This document shows, piece after piece, positions 29,201 to 46,569 of a stretch of 64,000 nt of DNA (position 1 is the first letter of the stretch; each line of letters opens with the position of its first letter). Below the pieces are notes generated by a model. It searched no databases, was not told the DNA's origin, and saw nothing but the letters and a program-made list of their open reading frames with translations. This DNA is from the human T2T-CHM13v2.0 reference genome, Homo sapiens, in assembly GCF_009914755.1 (NCBI RefSeq), contig NC_060935.1; one strand, 5' to 3'. Position numbers and translations under genes: made by a program.

Positions 29201-30569
29201 TAGCATTGAGCCAGCTACCTCTCTTTGTTGTTGCTACAGAAAATCTTTTATGGTTGAAGCTAGGACAGTACAGGTTCAAATAAGGTTCTATCATCATTAA
29301 TGAAGTACTTCCTCTAACTTTTTGGTTCTAAATGGTAGAGTAAGAGCTATTTGGTTATGTGAGTTCACAGTGCAATTACTGGTGTCCCACTAGCAAGCAA
29401 TAATGTCAAAGAGAAAACAAAATGCACATTACATTCAACAGACAAACATGAAGCAAGTACAGGGAAAAGGGAGGAATCACATTCCTGTTTTAAGTTTCAG
29501 CTTTCTGTAACAGCTGTTCCTGATAATAAAGTATGTTGCTGAGATGGTGGTTTGTTTCCTGGAGTTTCTCTTAGGAATTTCTGACATTTCAGTAATAATT
29601 TCCAAATACACTTTAGGGTTTTCCATAGTCTATTTATTTTAAAGACTGGAAGTTAAATAAGAAGTAACTGGGAAGGGTATTGAACCAGAGACAGGATCAA
29701 ACTTTCATTTTCCACAATAGGGAGAACTTTATTTAGAGAGGAGTGTGTGTCAAGTAATGGAGATCAGAGATAGAAAAGTAAGATGTGAAAGACCCAGAGG
29801 CGGTAATAAAAAGACGACCGATCAAGGACACAGGCAGACAAGGTACTGCAAAAAGAAGATACCTCCTCAGAGACAGGACTAGGGAGAAAGATAGGTGCTC
29901 AAATGTGGGTAAAGTGGCTCTGAAATGGGCAAGGAGGAGTGATAAGGAAGCCATAGGTGGCCGATATCAATACTAGTAGGTTCCCAGCTGTCTTCAGTTG
30001 GGATTTGACTGTATATGCTACATTGCAATGTCAAGTTACATCCTCTTAGAGTGTCCTTTCTCTTTGATATTCATTTAGACTTTTAGTACCCTAAAGAGCT
30101 CATGCAAACTCATTAAGAATCAAAATGACACAAGCATTAATCTCACCCAGAAGGGTCCCAACATTTAACTTCAATAGGATATTTTCGTTATTTTTTATAA
30201 TTCCGCCTCTACTAAAGAATCACAGAATAGTACACCAATTCTATTTGTAAAAGAAAAGAACTGTTCTACATCTTCTGGTCTTATAATCTGAAAAAGAAAT
30301 GGGCTGGCTGGGCACAGTGGCTCACGTTATTTGACTGATTCTCTTAAAGTGAAAATTTCAAATAAATTTAGCATTGTAACTAGCCATTTTCTTGCTAGCA
30401 CCGACCAGCTTTTACTCCATTAGGTGAAATTCTTCAAAAGTTCTTTACCTAGTTAATATTTTCCATCAGAATCACAAATACTCTGCTAGTTTGTTGGTAA
30501 AAAAGCAAGTTCAGTGTGAATTTTACTGTATTTCAAGAGTAAATAAAAACTGTCAAATCATTTGTAGCT

Positions 30570-30850
30570 GAGAAGCCTACTCAGGGTTGGAAGGACCGGT
30601 TAGTCATTTGGTTTAATCCATTTTTTAAGGCGTGGATCAATGTGTGGATGTTTGGTCTCCCAAACATCCCCTATTCCTAATAATTCACTTCCAAGCTTGT
30701 TTATTATTAGAGAACTAAGCTTCCTCCATAGAATGAATGGAAAACTTTTGCCCTATGGCTTCTGTCCTCTGGTCTAGTTCTGTGCTCTTATGGGACCACA
30801 CAGAACAAGTCCACAGCCTCTATAATGTGTTAGTTCTCCAGAGGCTAAAT
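30570..30850. mobile_element. L3/CR1 fragment
   Basis: GGGTTGGAAGGACC and CTGGTCTAGTTCTGTGCTCT...CCACACAGAACAAGTC resemble the L3 3' region. Confidence 0.55.
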
Positions 30851-31097
30851 ATAGAAATCAATAATAGTTTTCTAATATCTATATTTGTCTAGTTGGCAAA
30901 TAGCCTTAAAAATTATTTTAGGGAAACTGATGCACTTGCAAATTTACTTTCTAGATAGCGGGAGAACAATTCATCTAGGCCTGGGTGATAAATTTTAACC
31001 GTCATGAACTGTTACAGACAATTTGTTCCATGTGCCACAAAATTTAAAATAAGCTAAGTTTGCAAACACATCATGCTAAATAATTCAAATTTAAATT

Positions 31098-31103
31098 TTT
31101 ATT
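31098..31103 (-). terminator. RSF1: Candidate distal polyadenylation signal of RSF1
   Basis: AATAAA on the minus strand with downstream GATGTGTTTG (GU-rich) about 30 nt later. Lies at the boundary with repeat-containing (L3) sequence. Confidence 0.65.
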
Positions 31104-32512
31104 ATGACAATTGACATATTAAGTGAAAGAAATGACAGAAGTATTATAATAAAACATTTTGAAAGAAAAAGTTACACAATTAGGCCAATAGCTATAAAAT
31201 GGCTTTAGGCCTGGCTTATAACACCAAGAGTTCTGATCAGACTGTAGTGAGACACTGAACATTTCATTAACAAAAATACTGGCACCAGCCACAACATATT
31301 TTGGTTGTCACTTACAAGGAATATTGTATTTAAACAACTATGCACTGCAATTCTAACACACTAGGTGTTCATACACTGAAGTTAACCCCTGAAGCTTTAA
31401 GCTACCAAGAATTCCCATACTTTTAATGCACAATTTACTTTGCGTGTTATCAGAATTACATTTCCAGTTTTCTGATCTTCCCTGCCCCCCCACCCCCACA
31501 CACATGCAGTACATTATGTGACAGAGAGCACTCCAGCTTCTATTTGACTAACAGCATGGTCCTGATTACCTCAAGAGTTAGTTTTATGCCAATCTTGGAG
31601 CTTCTGCTTTAAATCTCATCTCCTAGAAACCAAATAAAACATTCTGAGAACCTATTCCAGGAATATTTTTTTTAACGCATAGGAAAATAAAGCATTTCAT
31701 ATAAGCATGTTGGAAAATTCAAGAGGCATTCTGATCAGTCCCTGAATTCCAGCTATTACTTTAAATCAAAATTCTAAAGATACCATTTATAAATTTTTAT
31801 GTGGAATTTGTATTCTTCATATGGAAACTCATGATCTGCAGGCTTCCCTTCTGAATGAGGATAGCAAAAAACTGACGCTGGCAACACATGAATATAGCTT
31901 TGATTGAAATTATGACACACTTAGATGAATTTAATTATTTTCAAGAATACACTTGTACTACAAAGGTGAGAAATTAGAATGGCAAAATTATCAGATGGGA
32001 AAAAGTACTGACATTTAAACGAAGCTGTGAATATACCATGGTAAAATGTGCCATGTAAAAGACTGTGCTAGAATCAGAAGTTCTACAAGATTTCAAAATA
32101 CTTAGTGAATAAGGAAGGAACTGAAACTTGAATTTGACTTCTCTTGCTGCCACGCTTCAGCAGACAACTATTCCTGTGGAATTAAGTCCACTGAATAACC
32201 AAATAGACCAATTCTAGTTTTTTCCTTCTTTTATATGAATAGATTAAAATCAAGCCCTGCTCTACCACCATCTTAGCATAGGACATACCCTTTCAAAGTG
32301 TACACACAACCTCATGGCAGGTTTGGGCAAGCTACAACAGATACCATCTCAAGAAGCTACTTTGAAAGAGAATAGAACACCAGACTAACATTGAGAATAC
32401 CCTAGTTAGGCATCACAAAAATCATGTGCTGTAAGAATATGCTGTTAACAGCCAAATCTGGGCTACTGTAGCTGTTCTGATCCTGAAAATCCATTTACTA
32501 ATATAAGCTAGA

Positions 32513-32538
32513 TGTGTGTGTGTGTGTGTGTGTGTGTG
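32513..32538 (+). repeat. (TG)13 microsatellite in the RSF1 3'UTR; further CA-rich tracts at ~34096-34112 and ~36833-36877
   Basis: Seen directly. Confidence 0.9.
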
Positions 32539-35500
32539 CAATTTTCATGCAGTGACCTTAAAGCTTTGGAGACAGGGCTTGTTACTCTAATTTCAAGGCT
32601 TGTCCACATAGCAGTTGACATGCACCAATTCTGCTAAAGGGCAGGAGAATGAAAAAGACATGGCACAAATTTTTAAACAATTTTAGGTTTAATTACATAA
32701 TGCACCTGTAGATGATCTAGCATAAACACAATTGTAAAAAATCTACATCCTATTTTAGGGTATTTTCCCACCTCCCATCCCTTAAAAGCTGTACAGTTAT
32801 TTTTTTTAAAAAAAGGTGACTCTCAAGCAAAATAAACTTTTTTTTTTTTTTTGCAACATACAAAATAAGTTAAATGATTCAGAAGGTTTTGAGCCATGAA
32901 GTTCCCCAATAACTATGTTCTGGCTGTTCATGAGCATGACGTGCAAGCTGCTGGTCTATGACCAGAACTCAATAAATACAGATCAAACAAAACCGCAAAA
33001 CACTTAAATTAGATTTCTTTAGAAACTGATGAAAGTCAAGAAAATATATACTTAGGATTAACAATTCCATTCTTAACTTACATCATCCAGTGGCAAAAAG
33101 CACGAGGCAAGTATTCAGTCCTTAGCACACTTTCTAACTTGTACCGGTTTGGCCAAAAAAGGAAAAAACAAAATTCCTTTAAAAATGTTTTTTTCTCATT
33201 CAAAATATCCAAGAAATTTTATAAATTTCTACTCATCTATTGTTATGCCCTCTTATATAACTTATGTATAGGATAGTCATATTTTAAAGTTATTAAAATA
33301 AACATCTTCACTAACTGAAACCATTATGATGTGCCAGAATTGGGTTTACTGAATTTTCCAAAGTGGTATAAATATGAAAGGAAAAAAAAAATTGTGCTCA
33401 GGTGTCCAAAAGGAGGAAAAAAGGTCCACAAATTGGATCCTCTTCTAATCGACTTCCAGGAGGGTTTGCATGAATGAATACAAAAAGTGGTGAGTGTATA
33501 ATCTAAAGTGGTTATATACTAAGCTCATTACATTTTGGCTTATGACTGCTTGCTTGGCAATTACTCTCTTCAACATATTACAGTTACTTAGCAATTCTTG
33601 GCACTCAAAAGATGTTAAAAGATAATTTAAGTTGGAGCAAAACATTTTGAAAACAAATTAAGTGAACATATAGCAACTCAGTTTAAATACATTGATAGCA
33701 AAAGGCTTTGACCTTAAGGATTGGTATAAAAATGACACAAAAAAATCAGTTAACTTGCCACTTCCAAGGTAGGTTTACAGGCACACACTTTGGGAAAGGT
33801 AGATGATATAGGAATGGATTTTAATCTGAGAAGATTCAATAATGGATCATATTAAGCAGAAGAGGGCTAGGTAGATTACAGCAGATATGCAGCCTTGGCA
33901 TTCTCTGCTTCTTCGAGAATGAGGAATATATTTTGAGAATGTCAAACATCAGGAGAAACTGTTGTCTAGATTTTCTGTAATTAAATGATGTTCATAATAT
34001 TTGTATCTGTTGCAATGCAGCCATCTTATTTCTTTCAAGTTAATGATGGATTCATTTTTATTTTTTCTGATACTTATCTGAAGTGTGTGCGTGTGCACAC
34101 ACACACACACACATATACACATGTACCATTTAACTCTGGGTCTTTGAATAGTTGTTCTATAGCTGTGAGGCATCACCTTGAATAACGGGCCTGTTCCACT
34201 GTACTGGTAAAGAGCGGAGTTCCTAGCTTTTTCTGAATATTAAACTTGTAGATTCATTAGGTTCTTTACAGTTGTGTGGTAGAATCAGCAAAGGGTTAAC
34301 ATCTCTTATGCCCACAAACAAGCTAAAAAAGCATTCCTTGTGACAAAGGACACCCCACCAGTCCCACTTAAAAACAGCTAACATTTCCTCATCATTTTGA
34401 CTATTAAACAAGTAAATGTCCATGTTTTTCTTAATATGTGTACTTTGCTCAAATGTATATTATAGGATGGGTTTCATCAACTAAAAAGTAAAAACTGGGT
34501 ACGTGTAACACCCTTTTAAAATTAATTTGTTTAAAAATTATTTTTCAAAAGCTTCATTAGCATTTAAAGTTTTTGGTTCTTGGGCAGGTCACTTTTATAT
34601 ATAGATTGCCAGTAGACATGAATTTATTCTAAATGAAACTACCCTTTATCCTCTGAATCTGTAACCTTGACCAATTGAAAAAAGGATGTCAAGGAAATAT
34701 AACTTGATGTACATTCTTGAAAATATCTCTGCCATCATTTTGCAGTAATGTGCCAATGATGGAAAATGTTTTACACTAATTTCATCAGCACTGATGTACA
34801 AAACCAAAACGTTTTCAGTCTGCGTCCTTTTCACACATATTTCAGTTCAAAGCTTCTGCTGTGTGAAAAGCTGACTAGTTTTCAAACCTTTTCAGAAATT
34901 GCAAACTAAATATACTGAATATTAATCTACATCTCCCTTTAATACATTAGCTACAGTCTAGAGTTTGACACTGGGAGTCCAACTTGTATTTCAACAAGGG
35001 GGGTTTAAATTATTAAAGGGCTCTATTATGTAGCAGCTATTTTGAGTCTAAATCCATGGTTAGTGCTCTAAAAAAGATCCAAGACTGTCTAAACTCTACA
35101 TCAATTACTGCTTTCCTATACTTTCTGCAGTTCGTAGTGACTGTATTGTCTTTGTATACAGAACATTTCGTTTTCTAAAATTTTTTAACTTCTTCAGAAT
35201 ACCTTCAGAGTGTATTTCAGTGATCATAAACTCTTTGAGGGACTGAATCTGAACTCCAAGCAGCAAAACCGTTTTTGCACTGCTCAAAATTTAATAATCA
35301 ATAATCTATCTGCCTAATAATGTTTTATCAACCGCTTGGATTACATTCTTGGTAGATGACCTATAGTTAATTGATTTAATCAAAATATAAGGTGAGAAGG
35401 GGTACATTCACTATCAAGTTGACGAACACTTATTCAAGTTTGGTAAATATCAGGCAGCACAGCACAAGTGGTCTCCAAACCTAAATGGAATACTCAGTCT

Positions 35501-37321
35501 TTGAGATGGTAAGAATTACCTTAGGCTTTCTATAGTAGAAGAGTAAAAATAACTCCTTATTTCACATTAGGCATCCTGTTAAAATTATCTACCCATTTAA
35601 TACTACTTCTGATCACTTGGCTTAACTGAGGAATAGAATAGGTGGAAGAAGGAGCTGGTGTGTCCAGAGGTAGAGACAGGGCACATGGGAGAGTTTCCAC
35701 ACAATAGTGGCTTTACCCAGCTGCAGGACTAAAACGGTAGTGAGACTGGGTGGCAGGAAAGGGCACTTGTATATTCAAACCACTTACCTTGCACTAGTAG
35801 AAATCTTTATATTGCTTGCCTGTTTTAGATGGTTTAAAAGGTTAATTCTTAGCTGACTTGCAAATAAATAAAACAAACCTAGCTGGAAAGGAGACTGTTA
35901 AGTAAATGTAGCTCCTTACACAGCCCTGCTTTACTGTCTGTGAATGTAAGCCCTTCCCTCCCTTCCAGTGGAACACTGTCTCAAAATAAAAATCACAACT
36001 TACTTGGAACCACATGCTATTGGTGCATCCTATTTTTAGGTTGCTTTCATTATTTTATTTTTTATACAGATACATACACATTGCTAGAATCAAAGCAAAA
36101 ATATTAATGGGCAGGTACTACAGAACTAAAGTGAAACAAAACAAAACAACGAACAACTGAAAAACAATAGCTATAAACTTTCAAGGCCAAAAGATAAGAT
36201 TTAAGGGCAATACCTGTTGAAGAAGGAAAAGGAGTATAAAGTTCCTAGAGAGGTATTTATAATGCAAATCTAATGCCAGCTTTTTAGTAATAAAAAAGAG
36301 AAGTGCTTTACTATACACTGACTAGCACATAATACTTAATTTGGAAAGAAAAATTAATGACGTTCCTTGGGCCAGCAGCAGATATGGTGTGTCCATTGCC
36401 GGCAACAGACACAACACCGGAACAGAAAAACCCAAATCCCAGGGCTAAAGTATTCACAGAAGTAATGGTTGAAGGTTTCAGGATTTAACAGGCTAGGTTT
36501 AATCACAAGTGCTACACTCTGTACAATGTTATGGCTCTGCCTGAAATTTTACAGCTATAACAGAAACTAAATAAGACAAAGTTCATATTTTAGTGTCAAT
36601 TACATGTTAGGTATTTAGTTAGTTACAAACCCTTTTTTCTTGAAACAAAGGGCTTTTCTTTAAAGTGTTGAGATGTTTGAAATGGATGTCATGCCTATTA
36701 ATTACATCGGCAGTTCTCATTCAACTCTATGTTGGTTGTATGACTATTAATGAATTTTAATAGAAGTCTAATGGCCAAAGGCCAAAACTACATTCAAACT
36801 CTGCTAATATATCCAGGCAGATAGGAAATTCCAACACAAACACACACGCACACGCACACACACAAACACACACACACGCTAAAACTCAAACTAAAAACCT
36901 CCCAAAGGAACTGCTTTGTTTGTAGACTTCAATTTGAAGTAGATACTAAGGGCAAGAATAGACCAGTTAAAATTCACCTGAAAATCTCTTCCCAGTCTTC
37001 AAATGTGCTAAAATATCACTGTCAGCTTAGCATCTCTTCATGTATGTTATATATAGATGTATTTTTTTCAAAATGATATTTCAGATATTTAAACATCAAG
37101 TGGCCAGAAGACAAGAGTTATACTATTGGCAAAGTTTACAGTCCACCCAGGCCTTAAGAAAGACCACATTCATTTCACTAATAACTCTCCATCAGACACA
37201 ATATATTTGAGGCCACCTTATTACCACTGCATAAAGCTTATTTAAAAAAATTTGTTGCTAGCACAGTCTGGTTGGCAAAGCTTCATTATACATTTTACTG
37301 TACAAATGCTTTTCAGATGAT

Positions 37322-37404
37322 TTTATTTTTTTTTAAACAAGAAACTCTGCTATAACAAAAATTTAGGTTAATTATGATGGTACTTTCACTGTCTCTTCTT
37401 TATT
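37322..37404 (-). terminator. RSF1: Candidate proximal polyadenylation signals of RSF1
   Basis: Two AATAAA hexamers on the minus strand (37404-37399 and 37327-37322), 0.6-0.7 kb after the stop codon. Confidence 0.45.
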
Positions 37405-37994
37405 AAGTGTGGTTATCTCCAATAGTAAACAAGTTCATTTCACAAAGGCTGTTACTAAATGACTTATGTATGATGTTATCTACAATTCTCAAACTGTAAC
37501 AGTACAGACTTGAACTTTTAAATTGTCTGTAAATCATCATCTATGCCATGAATGTTTAAATATAATATATATTTAATATGAAAAAGCTAAAGCACAAGTG
37601 CTTTCACCCACCCCTAAATTCTGTTTTGGGCCCTCACAGATTCGGAATGCATTTTCATCCACCCTTTTTCACAAAGTCAGGAGAGCTCAGGAAATATAAA
37701 GTCAAAAATATACAAATCTTTGTTGTTATTATAATAAGATTTTTTTCCATGAATGAAATTACCAAGGACCATGAACCTGGAAAAAGAAAATCAAAAGGAA
37801 TTTACAGCAATTATTTATCTTCAAAGTTCAGAACTGGTCACTTCACAGAAAGACTTCAGGATTTGTTGAAATTTTTCTTCTAAAAGTCATTCTGTAGTGG
37901 AGTTTTCTAGGAAAAATTAAACAGCTTTTAATAACTGGCCCGCTGGTGTGAGAGCTACCGTGGAATAAATTAGCACAAAAATGGAAAAAAAGTC

Positions 37995-38569
37995 TTATAA
38001 CTGTTCACTGTTACAGACATAATCAACAAGGTCAGTCACTCTCAAAAGCTCATCTTCCTCCTCTTCTGGTGCTCCTGCCTCCTGCCCACCACTTGTCCCA
38101 TTGGAGGCTAGGCTTGCACTGGCTGTGCTGTTGTCCTTGGGGGTCTGAGACTTCTCAGTAGGCTTGCCAATCAAGTTCTCAATGGCTTTGCCAGGGCTCT
38201 GTCCATTGGTTGAAGGTAAGTCCACTAAGCTATAGTCCAATGGGCTCCCCACTTTGCCTACATTTTCAAAGTCCTCTTCCTCATCACTTTCTATCCGGTA
38301 GGGCTTCTTGGTGCTCTCTTGTTCTGAGGGCAGGACCCTAGGCTGGCTGTCACGGGCAGGCTGATTTGCATCTCCATGAGCATTGTCACAACTCTCCTCC
38401 TCATCCGTCTCAATCCGGTGTAGCCGTTTGCGGGATGGTTTGCCTTCCTCTTCCTCCTCCTCCTCATCTGCTTCTGAATACTCGTCTGTGCTTCGGCCCC
38501 GCTTTCGAACTGACCGCTTTGATTCTTTAGCTAGCTCATCATCTTCAGAGTTCTTGGACAAATAGCTCT
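37995..38569 (-). CDS. RSF1: RSF1 last coding exon (probably exon 16): ESYLSKNSEDDE...LLRVTDLVDYVCNSEQL*
   Basis: ttctAG acceptor at 38571-38570, TAA stop at 37997-37995. The eight exons sum to 1506 nt = 501 aa + stop. Counting back from a 1441-aa C-terminus puts S1359 (GSP) and S1375 (QSP) at the known mitotic phosphosite positions. Confidence 0.96.
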
Positions 38570-38709
38570 CTAGAATAAACAGCACATTTAAGCCATTGGC
38601 ACGGTTAACCATAAACGAATTTAATTCTCCTTTTCCTCCCGATATTCACCCCACGTCCTGCTTTCAGAATTGCTTGTACCTAAATGTTTCCTTTCAATAA
38701 TTGGCCTGA

Positions 38710-39407
<698 letters not shown>

Positions 39408-39617
39408 TGATAATGCTTGAATTAAATGAAGATAGGTTAGTTCAAACTAACAAACTCCTTCCCACTAGTACACAAATTAGGTTATCATGTCAACACGCTG
39501 ATAAGGAAAGATTCAAACTGGACACCCAACTCTGTACCTCTTAAACACTGTGCCAACTCTCATCTTAGTTATTAGACGCCCTTGGTAGTCTTAATTGTCT
39601 TCTCTTCTTTGTCTATA

Positions 39618-39933
39618 TAGTTGGGCCCCCCTATCCATTAATTTAACCAACTGCAGATGGAAAATATTCAGGAAAAAAATAGATGGTAATGTCTGAACAT
39701 ACATAGACTTTTTTCTTGTCATTCACTAAACAATACAGTATAACAATTATATAACATTTACACTGTATCAGGTATTTTAAATATTCTAGATATTTATTTA
39801 AAGTATACAGAGGATATGGGTAGGTTATATGCGAATATGACACCATTTTATATGAGGGACTTGTAAATCCAAGGATTTTGATATCTGCGGGGATCCTGAA
39901 ATCAATCCTCCATGGATACTGAAGATGACTCTA
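39618..39933. mobile_element. MER2 (TcMar-Tigger)
   Basis: AACCAACTGCAGATGGAAAATATTC...TAAACAATACAGTATAACAA...CCATGGATACTGAAGATGACT. Confidence 0.82.
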
Positions 39934-39939
39934 CTTCCA

Positions 39940-41710
39940 TTTTAGAAGAACTCACCTAGTCTCACAACTTGGCATGCCATCTATGTGCTAACGGCTCTCA
40001 TATTTATTTTAGGCAACCACTGAATTCCAGACTAGTGTATCAAACTGCCTACTCGACATCTAGGCTTGGATATCTCTAAACAGGCATCTCAAATGATGTG
40101 TCTAAAACTGGGCTCCTAAACTTTCTCCTTAAACCTGCAGCCCTGTGGTCTCTACCAACTTAAGTTTTTGGCAATTGCTCCTCCAATTGCTCAGTCATCC
40201 TTGATTCTTTTCTTTCTCTCATCCAACCCAACAGTAAATCCTTTGGGTCTCACTTTAAAACATATCCACAATGTGACTGCTTTCATCCCTTTACTGCTAC
40301 TGACCCAGTTCCACCCTCCATCATCTCTCACCTGGACTATTACAATAACTTCCCAATGGGTCTTCTAGCTTCTGCCCTGGCCCCCTTCAATCTATTCATA
40401 ACACAGCTACCACAGCAAATTAAAATCTAAGTCAGATCATATCACTCTTTTGCTCAAAATGTGGGATGGTTTGCTTTCCTCTTCCTCCTCATCTGCTTCT
40501 GAATACTCATCTGTGCTTTGGCCCAAATGTTTCTCACCTTACACAAAATAAAAATCCAAAGTCTATACAATGTCCTACTCTGTGTTATCTAATATGATAA
40601 ACACTAGTCACATGTGGTTATTTTAAATTTAAATTAGTTAAAATTAAATAAAAATAAAAATTCAGTTCCATGGTCACACTAGCCACATTTCAAGTGCTCA
40701 ATAGCCATATGAGGTTAGTGGCTATTGTAACGATCAGCACACATATAATCAGTGCAGAAAGTTTAACTGCACAGCACTATTTATCATCAGAGGTTAGCAC
40801 ATTTTTTATGTAAGAGGCAGGCCCTATAGTCTCAGTCACAACAACTCAGCTTTTTGAGAAAGCAGGCAACAGACAATATGTAAACAAATTGGTATGGTAA
40901 TCTTCCAGTAAAAACTGTATTACAGGGCAGGGTGCAGTGGCTTACACCTGTAATCCTAACACTGTGGGAGGCCAAGGTAGGGGGGATCACTTGAGGCCAG
41001 GAGTTTAAGGTCAGCCAGGGCAACACTGCAAGATCTCATCTCTATAAAATAAATTTAAAAATTAGCAGTGTGGTGGCTTATGCCACTTCTAGCCACTTGG
41101 GAGGCTGAGGCAGGTGGACTGCTTGAGCACAGCAGATTGAGGCTATGGTGAGCTGTGATTGTGCCACTGCACGCCAGCCAGGGTGAGACCCTGTCTCAAA
41201 AACAAAAACAAAAACCTTGCTTTTTTATTTATGTAAGCAGGTGGGCTCTCGTTTGCTGACTGGCCCCCACTGACTTCTTTGCTTCATCTCATTATGTCTG
41301 CCTTCACTCATTCTGCTCCAACAACCCTGCACTCCCTTCTGTTTGCTGAACATGACAAGCACAAACATACCTCAAGGCCTTCATATTTATTGTTCCATCT
41401 GCCTGTATCATTCTTCTTTTAGATAAGTGCATGACTCACACACAACATTTCTTTCAGGTCTTCACTCAAATGTTTTCTTAGTGAGGATTTCCTTAGTATA
41501 TTATCTGAAATTCAACTACTTTCCCAACCCCCTTTTCTCCTTTATTTTTTTCCAAAGCACTCATTTCTAATATATCATATATTCTACTTATCTATCTTGT
41601 TTATTGTCACCTTCTTCCCAACTAAAATAAGAGTTTCATAAGAGCTATTTTGTTTGCTGTTATATTCCAGTGCTTGGAATAGGGCCTAGCTTAATAAATA
41701 TTCATATTTA
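39940..41710. mobile_element. L2 element interrupted by an exon-derived insert (40461-40524), MER3 (~40580-40780), and MER58A (~40788-41260, itself containing an AluJ)
   Basis: L2 motifs (ATCATCTCTCACCTGGACTATTACAATA, AAGTCAGATCATATCACTC, TTAATAAATATT) plus MER3 and MER58 consensus matches. Confidence 0.75.
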
Positions 41711-41867
41711 ATGGCTTAACTAATGCAATTTATGTTTGTTTCTGTGACACATGAAGGTAAGTACACATTCGAAAAAGATGTTCACTTCCCTTCTTTAGCA
41801 TCCCACATCCAAACATTTTTTTTCCCTTTCTCTTTTGTCTTGGGCTCAAACTTAAATTCATGTTTAA

Positions 41868-42310
<443 letters not shown>

Positions 42311-42720
42311 ATTTAAGTAAAACAAAAAAGACTAAATGGATGTAAGAAATTCATATTTTAGAGCTTGTCTTGTACTACTGGTAGGGGGCACAGTTATAGC
42401 TATTAGGAAATAATGATTTCGGTTTCCAACTGAAATCATAGTCAAGGTGAAAGAGACAGTAGGCACTTTTATTTGAAACCTTTTAGCTATTAAGGACATA
42501 AGAGGTTATTTCAAAATGAGGGCCATGAATAAGGGAGTAAGAAAAAGAAGTAGAATAATCTTGATCAGATCACAATTTTCTGAGACTTTTCTAGTTTCAA
42601 TGAAAATTTAAATTACAATGGAGATCTTAAAAATTAGCCTCTTATCGAGTATCTTTTATTTAAACTATGGTAGGCACAAGATTATAGGTTTTATCTCAAA
42701 GATACTACTGGTTATATGGA

Positions 42721-46103
<3,383 letters not shown>

Positions 46104-46120
46104 TTACAGATTATTTTTAC

Positions 46121-46341
46121 CAGAGTCTCTACTATTCTCCTCAGATTCCTCCTCTTCATCATCATCGGAATATTTTTTCTTTGGGGTCTTTCTTCGCAAA
46201 CGCCTGCTCTGCCTCATTGGCCGAGAGGGGTGTCGCCTCAGTCTACGGCTACAAAAGTCAGTGTCACTGTCATCATTAGATGGCGGATCTTCTTCACTTT
46301 CATCTGGGTTTTCATCAGACACAACAAACTCATCTTGAGAT
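46121..46341 (-). CDS. RSF1: RSF1 coding exon (probably exon 14): SQDEFVVSDENPDESEEDPP...DDDEEEESEENSRDS
   Basis: gacAG acceptor at 46343-46342, G|GTAAA donor at 46120-46119. 221 nt, phase 2 to 1. Overlaps ORF 46104..46349. Confidence 0.93.
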
Positions 46342-46569
46342 CTGTCCAAGAGAAATCAGATAAAATACAATGGTATTTAGAAGAGTGAACCCATTTTTAA
46401 GAGTTCTGAGTTCAAATTCTGGTGAGCCCAGTGAATCATTAAGTATAGTGCAACATATCTGGATAATTGTATCAAATGCCCTATTTATAAAATGGGGAAA
46501 ATGTTTTGCCACCTATCCTCTTAGGAGGGGTTGTAAAGATGAATTAATGTTGATTTCTGTACTGCTTTG

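Larger units (their letters stand above)
31070..37994 (-). other. RSF1: RSF1 long 3'UTR (~6.9 kb)
   Basis: Continuous AT-rich, Alu-free sequence after the stop codon, ending near an AATAAA at 31103-31098 that is followed by a GU-rich tract. The exact end is inferred. Confidence 0.75.

Noticed and set aside
38570-38612. ATG-started 205-aa ORF as an independent gene
   Set aside because: The first 14 codons are intronic; the rest is the RSF1 last exon.
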